Assembly (NCBI GenBank): GCA_035312025.1
Contig: DATGCJ010000060.1
Span: 1 to 60,900 of the forward strand
Direction of reading: 5' to 3'
DNA: 60,900 bases
Source: Halanaerobiales bacterium
GTDB lineage: Bacteria; Bacillota; Halanaerobiia; Halanaerobiales; M55B127
Below, piece by piece: positions 25,732 through 36,592 of the stretch. The notes under the pieces were generated by a model. The model ran no database searches. It saw only the letters and a list, made by a program, of their open reading frames with translations, and had not been told where the DNA came from. How positions within the stretch are numbered: position 1 is the first letter of the stretch; each line of letters opens with the position of its first letter. The position numbers were made by a program, and so were the translations under genes.

Positions 25732-26982
25732 TTAATAATTTTCTTCTATTTTATTAATTACTAGACAAGCATTTTGTCCACCAAATCCAAATGAATTTGA
25801 GAGCACTGCTTTTAGGTCACTAACTTCTCTTGCCTTATTAGGTACATAATCCAAATCACATTCTGGATCTTTATTTTCATAGTTTACAGTAGGAGGTAGT
25901 ATGTCATTTTTGATAGCTAATGCTGAAACAATAGCTTCTATTCCCCCAGCTGCCCCTAATAAATGTCCTGTCATAGATTTTGTTGAGCTAACAGCCAAGT
26001 TTTCAATATGTTCTTTAAACAGATTTTTAATAGCTTTTGTCTCTAGTTTATCATTAAAAGGAGTAGAAGTACCATGGGCATTTATGTAGCCTATATCTTC
26101 ATATGCTACATTAGCCTTATTAACGGCCATTTCCATCGCCCTATAGGCTCCTTCTCCCCCGGGAGCAGGTTGGGTCATATGATAGGCATCAGCAGACATT
26201 CCATAGCCGCTTATTTCAGCTATGATATTGGCTCCCCGTTTTTTAGCAAATTCATAATCTTCCAGGACTAATATTCCACTTCCTTCACCTATTACAAAAC
26301 CATCTCTTTCTTTATCAAAAGGACGACTGGCTTTGGTTGGTTCATCATTGCGGGTGGAAAGAGCCTTCATATTACTGAATCCAGCTACTGCTGAAGGTGT
26401 AATAGAAGCTTCAGCTCCACCGGAAATCATTACCTTGGCATCTCCTCTTTTAATAATCTCCATAGCCTCACCTATCGAATGGGTACCAGACGCACAGGCA
26501 GTTACCTCATTACTGTTCGGACCTTTAGCATTTGCATAAATTGCCACTTGTCCGGCTGCCATGTTTGAGATCATCATGGGAATAAAGAAAGGACTGATTC
26601 TACGGGGCCCTCTTTTTACTAATCTTTCCATCTGTTTTTCAAATACTTCAATACCGCCAATACCTGAACCAATTATGACACCGGTATCATTGGCAATATC
26701 ATCAGTAACTTCCAACCCGGCATTTTCCACTGCTTTCATGGCTGCATAAACTGCATATTGAGTAAATTTTGCCATTCTTTTGGCGTCTTTCCGGTCAATA
26801 TAATCACCGGGATCAAAATCCTTTATTTCCGATGCAATCTGACTAGAATATCCTTCCGGGTCAAAACCTTCAATTTTAGAAATACCAGACTTACCATTTA
26901 TAATATTATTCCAGAACTCATCGATCTCCATACCAAGTGAAGATACAACACCCAGTCCTGTAATTACAACTCTATTACTCAT
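25732..26982 (-). CDS. fabF: 3-oxoacyl-[ACP] synthase II
   Basis: 416 aa, with the active-site ACASG and the HGTSTP and GHLLGAAG motifs. Confidence 0.95.
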   Translation of the reverse strand: MSNRVVITGLGVVSSLGMEIDEFWNNIINGKSGISKIEGFDPEGYSSQIASEIKDFDPGDYIDRKDAKRMAKFTQYAVYAAMKAVENAGLEVTDDIANDTGVIIGSGIGGIEVFEKQMERLVKRGPRRISPFFIPMMISNMAAGQVAIYANAKGPNSNEVTACASGTHSIGEAMEIIKRGDAKVMISGGAEASITPSAVAGFSNMKALSTRNDEPTKASRPFDKERDGFVIGEGSGILVLEDYEFAKKRGANIIAEISGYGMSADAYHMTQPAPGGEGAYRAMEMAVNKANVAYEDIGYINAHGTSTPFNDKLETKAIKNLFKEHIENLAVSSTKSMTGHLLGAAGGIEAIVSALAIKNDILPPTVNYENKDPECDLDYVPNKAREVSDLKAVLSNSFGFGGQNACLVINKIEENY

Positions 26983-27001
26983 AACAAAGTTACCTCCTGA
27001 T

Positions 27002-27931
27002 TTATATTTTTTTCATTGCTTTTTCTAAACTAGCACTATCCTGTATATTGTATGTTTTGATAGATCGATCTATTCTTCGCATTAATGACTTTAGTACTCT
27101 CCCTGGTCCAACTTCTAAAGCACATTCTATGCCATTTTCACCCATAAGTTCCATACTTTCTACCCATCTAACTGGATTTATTAACTGTTTTTCTAAAGCA
27201 GTTACTATTTCCTCTTTGTTTTTAACAAAATCAGCTGTACTATTTGCTATAACAGGAACTTTTGGATCTTTAAACTGAACACTTTGAATATATTCTTTCA
27301 GTTTATTTTTAGCAGGTTCCATTAGCTGAGAATGAAAGGCCGAACTTACATTTAATTCAACAATCTTTTTTGCGCCTGCTTCATCAGCTTTTTCCATTGC
27401 GGTATGGACTGCTTCTTCTTCACCTGATATTACAATCTGCATCGGGGAATTAATATTTGCTAGTTCACAAACTCCCGCAACTTTCCCACATATCTCTTCT
27501 ATTTTTTCACGGTCTAAAGCTATTATAGCTGCCATGGTTCCTTTAGAACCATCAGCCACAGCCGAAGCCATTAATTCACCTCTTTTTCTAACTAACTTCA
27601 AACCGGTCTCAAAATCAAATACTCCTGCAGCACAAAGCGCGGTATATTCTCCCAAACTATGTCCTGCTACCATGGAAGGTTCAACACCTTTATCTTTTAA
27701 TATTTCATAAGCTATCATACTAACCGTAAAGATAGCAGGTTGGGTGTTTTGAGTTTCGGTTAACTCATCTTCCGGACCTTCAAAACATAGTTTCTTTAAA
27801 TCTATATCTAATACCTGGTTTGCTTTATCGAAGTATTCTCTGGCCACAGCAAAGTTATCATAGAAATCTTTGCCCATTTCTACATACTGAGAACCCTGAC
27901 CAGGAAATAAAAAAGCTATATTCTCACTCAT
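27002..27931 (-). CDS. fabD: malonyl CoA-ACP transacylase
   Basis: Has FPGQGSQ and the GHSLGEY active-site motifs. Length is 309 aa. Confidence 0.95.
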   Translation of the reverse strand: MSENIAFLFPGQGSQYVEMGKDFYDNFAVAREYFDKANQVLDIDLKKLCFEGPEDELTETQNTQPAIFTVSMIAYEILKDKGVEPSMVAGHSLGEYTALCAAGVFDFETGLKLVRKRGELMASAVADGSKGTMAAIIALDREKIEEICGKVAGVCELANINSPMQIVISGEEEAVHTAMEKADEAGAKKIVELNVSSAFHSQLMEPAKNKLKEYIQSVQFKDPKVPVIANSTADFVKNKEEIVTALEKQLINPVRWVESMELMGENGIECALEVGPGRVLKSLMRRIDRSIKTYNIQDSASLEKAMKKI

Positions 27932-27949
27932 TGTAGCTCACTCTCCTAT

Positions 27950-28939
27950 TTAAATATTTTGATTCCACTCTAACACGCCAGCTGCCCAGGTGAGTCCTGC
28001 CCCAAAGGCAACTAATAAAACGTGGTCTCCGTTTTGGATTTTACCTTTTTCAACTGCTTCAGTCAGAGCTATAGCAACGGATGCACTGGAAGTATTACCT
28101 ACCTTCGGTAAATTAACGTATACTTCTTCCTCATCTAATTTTAGCCTGCGACGGGCCGATTTTATTATACGGGTGTTAGCCTGATGTGGAATCAATAAAT
28201 CTATATCATCAGTTGTAAGATTTGCTTTTTTTAGGACGTCTTTAGAAGCATTTTTCATAGTTTTAACAGCAAACTTAAATACCGGATTACCTTCCATACG
28301 TATATAGTGCTGCCTGTTTTTTACCGTTTCTAGGCTGGCAGGTTTCTTGGAGCCACCTGCTTCCATATAGAGGGCATCGGCACCACTACCGTCTGAACCC
28401 AGATCAAAGGAAAGAAAACCACCTTTTTCTGTGGGTTGTAAAACAGCTGCTCCAGCTCCATCACCAAATAGGACACAGGTATTTCTATCATCCCAGTCCG
28501 TAATTTTGGAAAGAGTTTCAGCCCCAATTACTAATACATTATCATATAGTCCACTTTCAATAAATTGGGCTCCTACACTTAAACCATAGACAAAACCTGA
28601 ACAACCTGCTTCTAAATCAAAGGCAGCTGCATTTTCTGCCCCTATTGTATCCTGAATTATACAGGCAGTAGCTGGAAAAGCCATATCTGGTGTAACCGTG
28701 GAAACAATAATGAGGTCCAATTTTTTGGGATCTAAATTGGCTTTATTTAAAGCTTCATAGGTTGCTTTTAAGGCTAAATCAGAAGTGGAAGTACTTTCAT
28801 CCGCAATTCTTCTTTCTTTAATACCTGTTCTTTTTCGTATCCACTCATCAGTAGTATCAACTATTTTTTCTAAGTCTTTATTATTCATAACATTCGGAGG
28901 CAAGTATTTACCCCATCCTGTTATAGTTGCTCTTCTCAT
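27950..28939 (-). CDS. fabH: 3-oxoacyl-[ACP] synthase III
   Basis: Has TDEWIRKRTGIKERR, the active-site CSGF and HQAN..I motifs. Length is 329 aa. Confidence 0.95.
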   Translation of the reverse strand: MRRATITGWGKYLPPNVMNNKDLEKIVDTTDEWIRKRTGIKERRIADESTSTSDLALKATYEALNKANLDPKKLDLIIVSTVTPDMAFPATACIIQDTIGAENAAAFDLEAGCSGFVYGLSVGAQFIESGLYDNVLVIGAETLSKITDWDDRNTCVLFGDGAGAAVLQPTEKGGFLSFDLGSDGSGADALYMEAGGSKKPASLETVKNRQHYIRMEGNPVFKFAVKTMKNASKDVLKKANLTTDDIDLLIPHQANTRIIKSARRRLKLDEEEVYVNLPKVGNTSSASVAIALTEAVEKGKIQNGDHVLLVAFGAGLTWAAGVLEWNQNI

Positions 28940-29065
28940 TTATATATATCCACCTTTCTTACTTGCTTTGATAATTGTTGAAGAAAAAACCTGATCGACC
29001 ACCTGTTTTGCCCTTATCAACCTCCTTTAATTTAACCACAAAATTTTATATCAGAAAAGAGAATA

Positions 29066-30016
29066 TTATTCTCTTATATAATCTTTGTTTTTATTAATAA
29101 CTTCAATTGTTTCATTTATAATATCATCAATAATTTCTTGGACCGGTTTGCTATCTTCTATCATGCCGGCAATCTGACCGGCCATTACACTACCAGTATC
29201 TATATTACCTTCCCGAACTGCTTCTCTTAGTTTACCAGAACCCATTTCTTCAATTGTCTTTTTATCAATACCTTCTTTTTCCATATTATCAATTTTTCGG
29301 GTTAATTTATTTTTTAAGTTTCGGACCGGGTGACCGGTACTACGACCGGTTACCACCGCATCTCTATCTCGAGCAGAAAGAATAGCCTTCTTATATTTTT
29401 TATGAGCAGTACATTCTTCTGCACATACAAATCTGGTTCCCATCTGTACTCCGGACGCCCCTAAGGATAAAACAGCAGCTAAACCCCTTCCATCTGCAAT
29501 ACCACCTGCTGCAATCACAGGTACATCAATTGCATCTACTAGTTGGGGTATCATCGTCATAGTAGTTAAATCACCAATATGGCCACCGGCTTCTGTTCCT
29601 TCTGCTATTACAGCATCTATATCTGATCTTACGAGTCTTTTTGCCAGGGCAACTGAAGAAACGACCGGAACTACTTTTATATTATTAGCTTTAAATCTTT
29701 CTATATATTTACCGGGATTACCAGCTCCTGTAGTAACTACGGGAACCTCTTCCTCAATTACTAAATCTACTATATCATCAACAAAAGGAGATAAAAGCAT
29801 GATATTAACTGCAAAGTTATTATCTGTAATATCTTTTACTTTTTTAATTTCTTCTTTAATTACTTCTTTGGGAGCATTTCCGGCTCCAATAATACCTAAG
29901 CCGCCGGCCTTAGAAACTGCAGCAGCCAACTCTCCTGTGGCTACCCAGGCCATACCTCCCTGTAAAATTGGATGCTTTATATCAAATAAATCACATATTC
30001 TGGTATCAAGATACAT
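29066..30016 (-). CDS. fabK: enoyl-[ACP] reductase II (FMN-dependent, nitronate monooxygenase fold)
   Basis: The N-terminus reads HPILQGGMAWVATGELAAAVSKAGGLGIIG. Length is 316 aa and the gene is embedded in the fab cluster. Confidence 0.85.
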   Translation of the reverse strand: MYLDTRICDLFDIKHPILQGGMAWVATGELAAAVSKAGGLGIIGAGNAPKEVIKEEIKKVKDITDNNFAVNIMLLSPFVDDIVDLVIEEEVPVVTTGAGNPGKYIERFKANNIKVVPVVSSVALAKRLVRSDIDAVIAEGTEAGGHIGDLTTMTMIPQLVDAIDVPVIAAGGIADGRGLAAVLSLGASGVQMGTRFVCAEECTAHKKYKKAILSARDRDAVVTGRSTGHPVRNLKNKLTRKIDNMEKEGIDKKTIEEMGSGKLREAVREGNIDTGSVMAGQIAGMIEDSKPVQEIIDDIINETIEVINKNKDYIRE

Positions 30017-30037
30017 CTTAATTCACTCCCGTTTAAT

Positions 30038-31045
30038 TTATTCAATTTCAAGTTTACTTTCAATTATTTCTACTACATTGTTTTTTACCGCTTCTCTAGC
30101 TACTTTTATAGCCCCATATATTGCCTTTGCATCGGAACTACCATGGCTTATTATTACAAGCCCGTTAAGACCCAATAAAGGGGCTCCTCCGTACTGTCTA
30201 TAGTCAACTTTATCCTTCATCTTTTTTAATTCATCTTTTAGAAGAAGGGCTCCAATTTTGGCCTTTAAGTTACTGGTTAGGGTATCTTTTAATAAATCAA
30301 ATATATAGGAAGCTACACCTTCCGTGGTTTTCAAAACAATATTGCCCACAAAACCATCACAGACAATTACATCACAGCTACCGTTAAATATATCTCTACC
30401 CTCTACATTACCTATAAAGTTGTCTATTCTTTCTTCTTCCTCAAATAATTCATAGGATTCAGCATTTAACTTGTTTCCTTTTTCCTTTTCTTCTCCGATG
30501 CTTAAAAGTCCCACTCTCGGATTATTTATATTCAAGACCTGTTCTGCATATATTTGACCCATTATTGCAAATTGTATCAGATGTTGAGGTTTAGAGTCAA
30601 CATTTGCCCCTGCATCTAAGACAACCGTCTTCCCTATTTTAGAAGGAAATACAGTTGCTATTGGAGGTCTTTTTACTTCTGAAACCCGTCCTATTTTAAA
30701 GATACCGGCTGCCATGACTGCCCCCGTATTACCGGCTGAGATCAAGGCATCCGCCTTATTTTCTTTTACTAAGTTAGTCCCTACTACTAAAGAAGAATCT
30801 TTTTTTCTGCGGAGAACCTTTGATGGTTTATCTGCCATTGATACAGTTTGTTTTGCATCAACAACTTCAACAGATTCATTATTATAATTTAATTGTTCTA
30901 ATATACTTTTTATCTTGTTTTCTTTACCTGTTAAAATACATTTAATATCTTTAAATTCATCTACAGCTTTGACAACTCCCTTAATAATTTCTTCGGGAGC
31001 TTTGTCACCGCCCATTGCATCTACTGCTATTTTCAAAACCATCAT
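30038..31045 (-). CDS. plsX: phosphate acyltransferase PlsX
   Basis: Reads KIAVDAMGGD and is collinear with the PlsX family. The likely true start is the TTG at 31036, 7 nt after SD AAGGAG, giving MKIAVDAMGGD. Confidence 0.95.
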   Translation of the reverse strand: MMVLKIAVDAMGGDKAPEEIIKGVVKAVDEFKDIKCILTGKENKIKSILEQLNYNNESVEVVDAKQTVSMADKPSKVLRRKKDSSLVVGTNLVKENKADALISAGNTGAVMAAGIFKIGRVSEVKRPPIATVFPSKIGKTVVLDAGANVDSKPQHLIQFAIMGQIYAEQVLNINNPRVGLLSIGEEKEKGNKLNAESYELFEEEERIDNFIGNVEGRDIFNGSCDVIVCDGFVGNIVLKTTEGVASYIFDLLKDTLTSNLKAKIGALLLKDELKKMKDKVDYRQYGGAPLLGLNGLVIISHGSSDAKAIYGAIKVAREAVKNNVVEIIESKLEIE

Positions 31046-31124
31046 CTCCTTCTTTCTGGACTATAATTATATATTATATATTTAAATTAATATTCCTACT
31101 TAATTACTAAATTTTTTTATGTAT

Positions 31125-31162
31125 AATAAAAAAAGGCAGGCCCTTTTTAGCTAGACCTACCT
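31125..31162 (-). terminator. rho-independent terminator downstream of rpmF
   Basis: The minus strand forms AGGTAGGTC...GGCCTGCCT, 9 bp with two G-U pairs that are only possible on the minus strand. It is followed by a run of 7 T. Confidence 0.55.
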
Positions 31163-31171
31163 TGATTTGAA

Positions 31172-31345
31172 TTAAGTGTTAATTACTTTTTCACCTTTAT
31201 AATATCCGCAGCTTGGACATGCTCGGTGTGATAATATTAATTCATTACATTCCGGGCACTCTACCAAATTTGGAGACTTTAATTTCCAATGAGTGCGACG
31301 TTTTCTCTTTCTGGATTTAGAAGTTCGTTTCTTTGGAACCGCCAT
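31172..31345 (-). CDS. rpmF: 50S ribosomal protein L32
   Basis: Not in the ORF track because it is under 60 aa. My translation is [57 protein letters not shown], with the canonical MAVPK start and CxxC...CxxC. SD GGGAGGTG is upstream and the gene lies downstream of yceD. Confidence 0.9.
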   Translation of the reverse strand: MAVPKKRTSKSRKRKRRTHWKLKSPNLVECPECNELILSHRACPSCGYYKGEKVINT

Positions 31346-31370
31346 ATCCTAACACCTCCCATTCTTTCTT

Positions 31371-31841
31371 CTATTTTTGTTTGAAATCTTTTAGTTTAGC
31401 CAGTCTCGGATCAACTATCTCTTCTTCACAATCGCATTCACCTTCATTTAAGTCCTGCCCACATACTGAGCAAAGGCCTTTACAATCTTCATCATGAAGG
31501 GGCTTGATTGGAATTTCCAAGATAATATCGCTTACCAAGATCGGAAAAACATTAACATTGTGTAAATCCTCAATATCTTCAATAAATAACTCATCGCTGA
31601 TTTCAACTTCGATTGGATAAGGAAATTCTTTGAGACATCGGCTGCACTCTAAGATCAAGGTACCTTCAATTTGTCCGGTTAATACAAATGAATCTTCTGC
31701 TTTTAATACATCTAAATTAACTTTTAAGGGACCTTCAATTTCAATTTCCTTATGCCGAAAGTCTATATGATCAATATCAAGTTCTTTTACGTACTCCCGC
31801 TTACTCCCTACTTCCATTAAATCACTAAGATCTAAAATCAC
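31371..31841 (-). CDS. yceD: YceD/DUF177 family ribosome-associated protein
   Basis: 156 aa and acidic, with a C-terminal Cys cluster (CKGLCSVCGQDLNEGECDC). It is in the conserved position directly upstream of rpmF. Confidence 0.85.
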   Translation of the reverse strand: MILDLSDLMEVGSKREYVKELDIDHIDFRHKEIEIEGPLKVNLDVLKAEDSFVLTGQIEGTLILECSRCLKEFPYPIEVEISDELFIEDIEDLHNVNVFPILVSDIILEIPIKPLHDEDCKGLCSVCGQDLNEGECDCEEEIVDPRLAKLKDFKQK

Positions 31842-31908
31842 TTTACTTCACCTCTGTATATTAACCAGAGTTAATTATATAAAATTTCATAAATCATTGT
31901 CAAGTAAT

Positions 31909-33108
31909 TTATTGATTTTCTATTATTTCTTTGGTATCTTGCGCAATAACTAACTCTTCATTAGTAGGAATTACAAATACCTTAATATCTGATTCAGATG
32001 TTGTAATTTCTTTCTCTTCTCCTCTAACTTTATTCGCCTGAGAATCTAAGTCAATACCTAGATTGTCCATTTTTTCTAGAATGTGTTCTCTTACCCCACC
32101 AGCATTTTCACCAATACCACCGGTAAATACAATTGCATCAACACCATTTAAAGCAGCCATGTAGGCTCCAATATATTTGCGTACTCTATAATTAAATACT
32201 TTATCAGCAAGGGCAGCTCTATGGTTGCCATTATGAGCAGCTTGTCTTACATCACGTGAGTCATTACTTACACCGGAAACTCCTAATAAACCGCTTTTTT
32301 TATTTAAAATATTATCTATATCTTGTATATCTAGGTCCTCTTTTTCCATTAAAAATGGAATTATAGCAGGATCAATATCTCCACTTCTGGTACCCATTAC
32401 TAATCCTTCTAACGGAGTCATACCCATACTGGTATCTACAGAATCTCCTCCATCAACGGCTGCTATGGATGCTCCATTACCCAAGTGACAGGTGATAATT
32501 TTTGCATCTTCAGCATCTTTATCCATTAATTCTGCACATCTATTGGAAACATATTTATGAGATGTACCATGGAAACCATAACGTCTTACTCCATATTCTT
32601 CATAATATTCATAAGGAATTGCATAAATATATGCTTCTTCCGGCATAGTTTGGTGGAAAGCAGTATCAAAAACACCGACTTGAGGTTTACCTGGTAATAA
32701 CTCTTTGCAAACCTTAATCCCTGATAGATTGTGAGGATTATGTAAGGGTGCCAAAGGAGTAACCTCTTCGATCTTTTCAATTACTTCATCTGTGATCAAT
32801 GTGGAATGGGCAAATTTTTCTCCCCCATGTACCACTCTATGACCGACAGCATTAATTTCATCAATATCCTCTAAAACACCTACTTCAGGATCTAAAAGGA
32901 TTTCTATTACATGTTCAATTCCTTCTTTGTGGTTGGCAATATCGATATCTTTTTCTACTTCCTGACCATTATCATTTTCATATTCAATAGCTGAATCTTC
33001 GATTCCGATTCTTTCTACAAGTCCTTTTGCTAATACTCTCTCTTCTTCCATATTAAATAATTGAAATTTAATAGATGAACTACCACTGTTTAATACTAAA
33101 ACCTTCAT
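31909..33108 (-). CDS. ackA: acetate kinase
   Basis: Has the MKVLVLNSGSSSIKFQLF N-terminus, HRVVHGG and GFHGTSH motifs. Length is 399 aa. Confidence 0.95.
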   Translation of the reverse strand: MKVLVLNSGSSSIKFQLFNMEEERVLAKGLVERIGIEDSAIEYENDNGQEVEKDIDIANHKEGIEHVIEILLDPEVGVLEDIDEINAVGHRVVHGGEKFAHSTLITDEVIEKIEEVTPLAPLHNPHNLSGIKVCKELLPGKPQVGVFDTAFHQTMPEEAYIYAIPYEYYEEYGVRRYGFHGTSHKYVSNRCAELMDKDAEDAKIITCHLGNGASIAAVDGGDSVDTSMGMTPLEGLVMGTRSGDIDPAIIPFLMEKEDLDIQDIDNILNKKSGLLGVSGVSNDSRDVRQAAHNGNHRAALADKVFNYRVRKYIGAYMAALNGVDAIVFTGGIGENAGGVREHILEKMDNLGIDLDSQANKVRGEEKEITTSESDIKVFVIPTNEELVIAQDTKEIIENQ

Positions 33109-33138
33109 TGTTTATTCCCCCTGTTGATTTAATTTTTT

Positions 33139-34146
33139 TTAAAGATTTTGAGCTTGTGCTGCCGTAATTGCTACTACATTGACAATGTCTTCCACTGAAC
33201 AACCTCTGGAAAGATCATTGACAGGTTTAGCCATACCCTGTAAGATAGGGCCAATTGCATTTGCTTTGGCTAATCTCTGTACTAATTTATATCCAATATT
33301 TCCAGCCTGTAGGTCTGGAAATACTAAAACATTTGCTCGTCCGGCCACATCACTATCAGGTGACTTTTGCTCCCCTACTTCCGGCACTAATGCGGCGTCA
33401 GCCTGCATTTCTCCATCAATTGGAAGATCGGGCTCCATCTTTTGGGCTAGCTCAGTAGCCTCAATGACCTTATCAGCTAGTTCATGTTTAGCACTACCCT
33501 TTGTTGAAAAGGAAAGCATTGCAACTACTGGATCTACACCGGGTAATAGACCAGCTGTGTCGGCAGAAGAAACTGCAATTTCAGCTAACTGTTTGGCATC
33601 CGGGTTGGGATTAACGGCTACATCAGAAAAAATAAATATTCCTTCATGGCCATATTCAGTATCAGGCACATCCATAATCATAGCGCCTGAGACAACCGAA
33701 ATATTTTCTTTTGTTTTAACAATTTGTAAAGCGGGCCTTAAAACATCTCCAGTAGCATTAATAGAACCAGCTACCATCCCATCCGCTTTTTCAGTATGTA
33801 CTAACATTACGCCGAAGTATAAGGGATCGACTATTTTATCTAAAGCATCGTCCCTGCTTATCCCTTTATGTTTACGCAACTCATAAAATTCTTCTGCAAA
33901 ATCTTCTTTTAGCTCGGATTTTGCCGGGTTAATAATTTGGACATCGGGAAGTTTAACTTGTTCCTGCTCGGCAATTTCTCTTATTTTAGCTTCTTCACCT
34001 AATAAAATTATATCAGCAAGATTTTCTTCTTTTATTTTAGGAAGAGCTTTAATCATTCTAGGTTCATAACCTTCCGGTAAAACTATCTTTTTTTTACTTT
34101 CGCGTGCTTTGTTTTTAAATTCTTTCATTACATCCATTTGTACCAC
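33139..34146 (-). CDS. pta: phosphate acetyltransferase
   Basis: A 335 aa PTA_PTB-family protein (KKIVLPEG, SGAMIM, NIGYKL, GP.LQG...P.NDLSRG). The likely true start is the ATG at 34137, 8 nt after SD GAGGAG. Confidence 0.95.
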   Translation of the reverse strand: MVQMDVMKEFKNKARESKKKIVLPEGYEPRMIKALPKIKEENLADIILLGEEAKIREIAEQEQVKLPDVQIINPAKSELKEDFAEEFYELRKHKGISRDDALDKIVDPLYFGVMLVHTEKADGMVAGSINATGDVLRPALQIVKTKENISVVSGAMIMDVPDTEYGHEGIFIFSDVAVNPNPDAKQLAEIAVSSADTAGLLPGVDPVVAMLSFSTKGSAKHELADKVIEATELAQKMEPDLPIDGEMQADAALVPEVGEQKSPDSDVAGRANVLVFPDLQAGNIGYKLVQRLAKANAIGPILQGMAKPVNDLSRGCSVEDIVNVVAITAAQAQNL

Positions 34147-34280
34147 TCCTCAGTTAGTATTATATTACAATAATATGTAAAATTCTATATATAAATTTAA
34201 TATAAATTAGACTTTGTTATTATAGATATTTTCTGATAATATATTATTGGAACTATTAATTTTAACAAAAGGTGGTCAAT

Positions 34281-35552
34281 ATGAAAGTAACAGGCATTAT
34301 TGTAGAATATAACCCCTTTCACAAGGGACATCAATATCATATCAACAAAGCAAGGGCAATTACAAAATCTGATTATATTATTGCAGTAATGTCCGGCCAT
34401 TTTACACAACGGGGTACCCCAGCTGTCTGTGATAAATGGAATCGGACCAAAATGGCCTTAGAAAGCGGAGTAGATCTATTAATAGAGCTGCCTTTGTGCT
34501 TTAGCATCCGCAGTGCGGAATACTTTGCCCAATCAGCCATGCAGCTGCTGGCTAAAACCAATTTAGTTGATGATGTAGTATTTGGTAGTGAGCATGGTGA
34601 TATCGATATCTTAAAAAACATTGCATCCCTTTTGTTAGAAAATAATCAGTATTATGAGAAAAGGTTGAAAAAATATTTAAAAGAAGGGTCCGGTTTCCCG
34701 GCCGCGCGCAAAAATGCCTTACTCGATTTAGTAAAATTAAAGAGCAATACTAACTACTGGTCACAACATAATATATTTGCAATCTTAAATGGTTCCAATA
34801 ATATATTAGGAATTGAATACCTAAAAGCCAAACAAAGATTTAATTTAAATCTGGAAGTAGATACAATAAAAAGGATCGGGCCTAATTATTATTCTGAAGA
34901 AAAAACAGATCACTATGTAAGTGCTACAGCTATAAGAAATTCTTTAAACAATAATGAATTAGATAGTGTAAAAGAAAAAATACCTGCTATTACTTATAAA
35001 ATTTTAAAAAAAGAAATAGCCGATAATAAGATACCTATTAAAAAAGAAAATTTGGGTTTAATCCTACTTGCTAAAATTAGAAAATTAAGTGTTGAGCAGC
35101 TTGTAAAAATACTTGATATAAATCAAGATTTAGCAGTTCGCATCAAAAATGCCGCTAATAATAGCGGTAATTATAAACAGTTGATGGCTTCCATAAATAC
35201 CCGCTCATATACAAAAACTAGATTTCAAAGGATTTTATTAAATATATTATTCAACATTAATAAAGATATCATAAATAATCATGATTATAAAGGGCCATCT
35301 TATATTAGAATCCTGGGCTTTAATCAAAAAGGTAAAGATCTATTATCAAAAATGAGTGAAAAATCTTCCCTACCCATTATTATAAATCCCTCTGAATATC
35401 TTAATAATTTAACTTTTAGTTCTGAAGATCTTTTAAAAAATTCACTCAGTTTGGATATCTATGCCACTGATGTGTATACCCTTTTATACCAGAACGCCAG
35501 CTATAGAAAGGCTAATCTGGACTTTACTAAAAAGGTGATTAAATCTTTTTAG
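34281..35552 (+). CDS. tmcAL: tRNA(Met) cytidine acetate ligase (YlbM/UPF0348 nucleotidyltransferase)
   Basis: The N-terminus MKVTGIIVEYNPFHKGHQYHINKAR parallels B. subtilis YlbM. The ATG at 34281 follows SD AAAGGTGG and is preferred over the GTG at 34272. Confidence 0.8.
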   Translation: MKVTGIIVEYNPFHKGHQYHINKARAITKSDYIIAVMSGHFTQRGTPAVCDKWNRTKMALESGVDLLIELPLCFSIRSAEYFAQSAMQLLAKTNLVDDVVFGSEHGDIDILKNIASLLLENNQYYEKRLKKYLKEGSGFPAARKNALLDLVKLKSNTNYWSQHNIFAILNGSNNILGIEYLKAKQRFNLNLEVDTIKRIGPNYYSEEKTDHYVSATAIRNSLNNNELDSVKEKIPAITYKILKKEIADNKIPIKKENLGLILLAKIRKLSVEQLVKILDINQDLAVRIKNAANNSGNYKQLMASINTRSYTKTRFQRILLNILFNINKDIINNHDYKGPSYIRILGFNQKGKDLLSKMSEKSSLPIIINPSEYLNNLTFSSEDLLKNSLSLDIYATDVYTLLYQNASYRKANLDFTKKVIKSF

Positions 35553-36562
35553 GCTGCCTTATCTAAATTTTGAGATTTTAAAAATTCAATTGCGTCATCA
35601 AAGGTTTCTACTGGGACCAATTTTAAATTTGTCTCCACAGTTTTAGCCTTTTCATAGTTTTCTTGGGGCACAATAAATATTTCTGCTTCTGCATTCTCTG
35701 CTGCTATAATTTTTTGAACAATGCCGTCTATTTGGCCAATTTCACCTTCTAAATTAATTGTGCCAGTCCCCGCTATTCGCTTTCCATCTGTTAAATCTTC
35801 TTCCACTAACTGGTTATAGATTTCTAAGGCAAACATACCGCCGGCAGAAGGGCCCACTATATTACCGGTATCATAACTTACCTGAATGGGAAATTCATAA
35901 TCTAAGTTCTTGGTACGAATTAAGATTCCGATAGAAGGTTTACCCGGACTTTCGGACAGTTCAATTGTCTCAACCGTAAAGGCCAATCTTTCATTATCTC
36001 TTATTACTTCAATATTAACCTTATCACCCACTTCTCTGTTTCTAATAATATCAACTGCTTCCGAGGCGATCTCCACTTTTTGACCATCTATATTCTTTAT
36101 TATATCTCCATTTTTTAATTCATTATAAGCTTGACTGGCTTCTAGAACTTCTATTATTTCAACACCTTCACCCTGAACTTTAACCTCATAGCCTAATTTT
36201 CTTAAAGCAACCGCTTCTGCGGTCATCTTGCTTTCTTCCATCAAATCAGACATCATCTGTAGATATTTTTCCATATCTATACCTTCCGGCAGCTGTTCAG
36301 ATAGTATTTCAAGTTCAAAACCGTCCGGATTAAAAGTATTAACATATATATAATCCCAGATCGTAGCCTTTTGACTTCCTACCGCTGTTAATAAGAAACT
36401 ACCTTTAATATTATCCTTATGACCATTTTCAACTGTAATGATAGGTCCTAGCTCTTCTGCAATCCCGGGTGACATCACATAATAGGGAGTGGGTATGAAA
36501 TTAATAATTATAAATAATATTATTAAGATACCTATTCCTTTTGTTAATTTATCTTTTCTCAT
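35549..36562 (-). CDS. PDZ domain plus Lon-protease-like (S16) membrane-anchored protein, YlbL-like
   Basis: Has an N-terminal TM helix, a central PDZ-like segment (GDIIKNIDGQKV) and a C-terminal Lon-like GPSAGGMFALEIY. The position next to coaD matches Bacillus ylbL. Confidence 0.75.
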   Translation of the reverse strand: MRKDKLTKGIGILIILFIIINFIPTPYYVMSPGIAEELGPIITVENGHKDNIKGSFLLTAVGSQKATIWDYIYVNTFNPDGFELEILSEQLPEGIDMEKYLQMMSDLMEESKMTAEAVALRKLGYEVKVQGEGVEIIEVLEASQAYNELKNGDIIKNIDGQKVEIASEAVDIIRNREVGDKVNIEVIRDNERLAFTVETIELSESPGKPSIGILIRTKNLDYEFPIQVSYDTGNIVGPSAGGMFALEIYNQLVEEDLTDGKRIAGTGTINLEGEIGQIDGIVQKIIAAENAEAEIFIVPQENYEKAKTVETNLKLVPVETFDDAIEFLKSQNLDKAA

Positions 36563-36592
36563 ATTTTATCCACTCCTTCTTTGAAGTATGTA

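Noticed and set aside
28940-29065. An SD-like AAAGGAGG on the minus strand in the fabK-fabH spacer, with a possible peptide ORF of about 26 codons. Also a 19-nt palindrome AAGAGAATATTATTCTCTT (29057-29075) spanning the fabK stop.
   Set aside because: The only start candidates are a TTG with zero spacing or a GTG 18 nt from the SD. The palindrome leaves a loop too small for a stable hairpin and has no proper U-tract. Both are likely incidental.
33179-33886. A 235-aa plus-strand ORF antisense to pta. There are similar long antisense ORFs at 36588-37097, 29799-30203, 1090-1473, 40933-41298, 16050-16397, 18421-18744, 43521-43835 and 37323-37631.
   Set aside because: Each lies wholly inside a well-conserved minus-strand gene. 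They lack SD sequences; for example, nothing SD-like precedes 33179. They encode low-complexity Ser/Thr/Ala/Leu/Pro-rich sequences typical of the antisense frame of real genes. Their length is unusual for AT-rich DNA, but nothing else supports coding.
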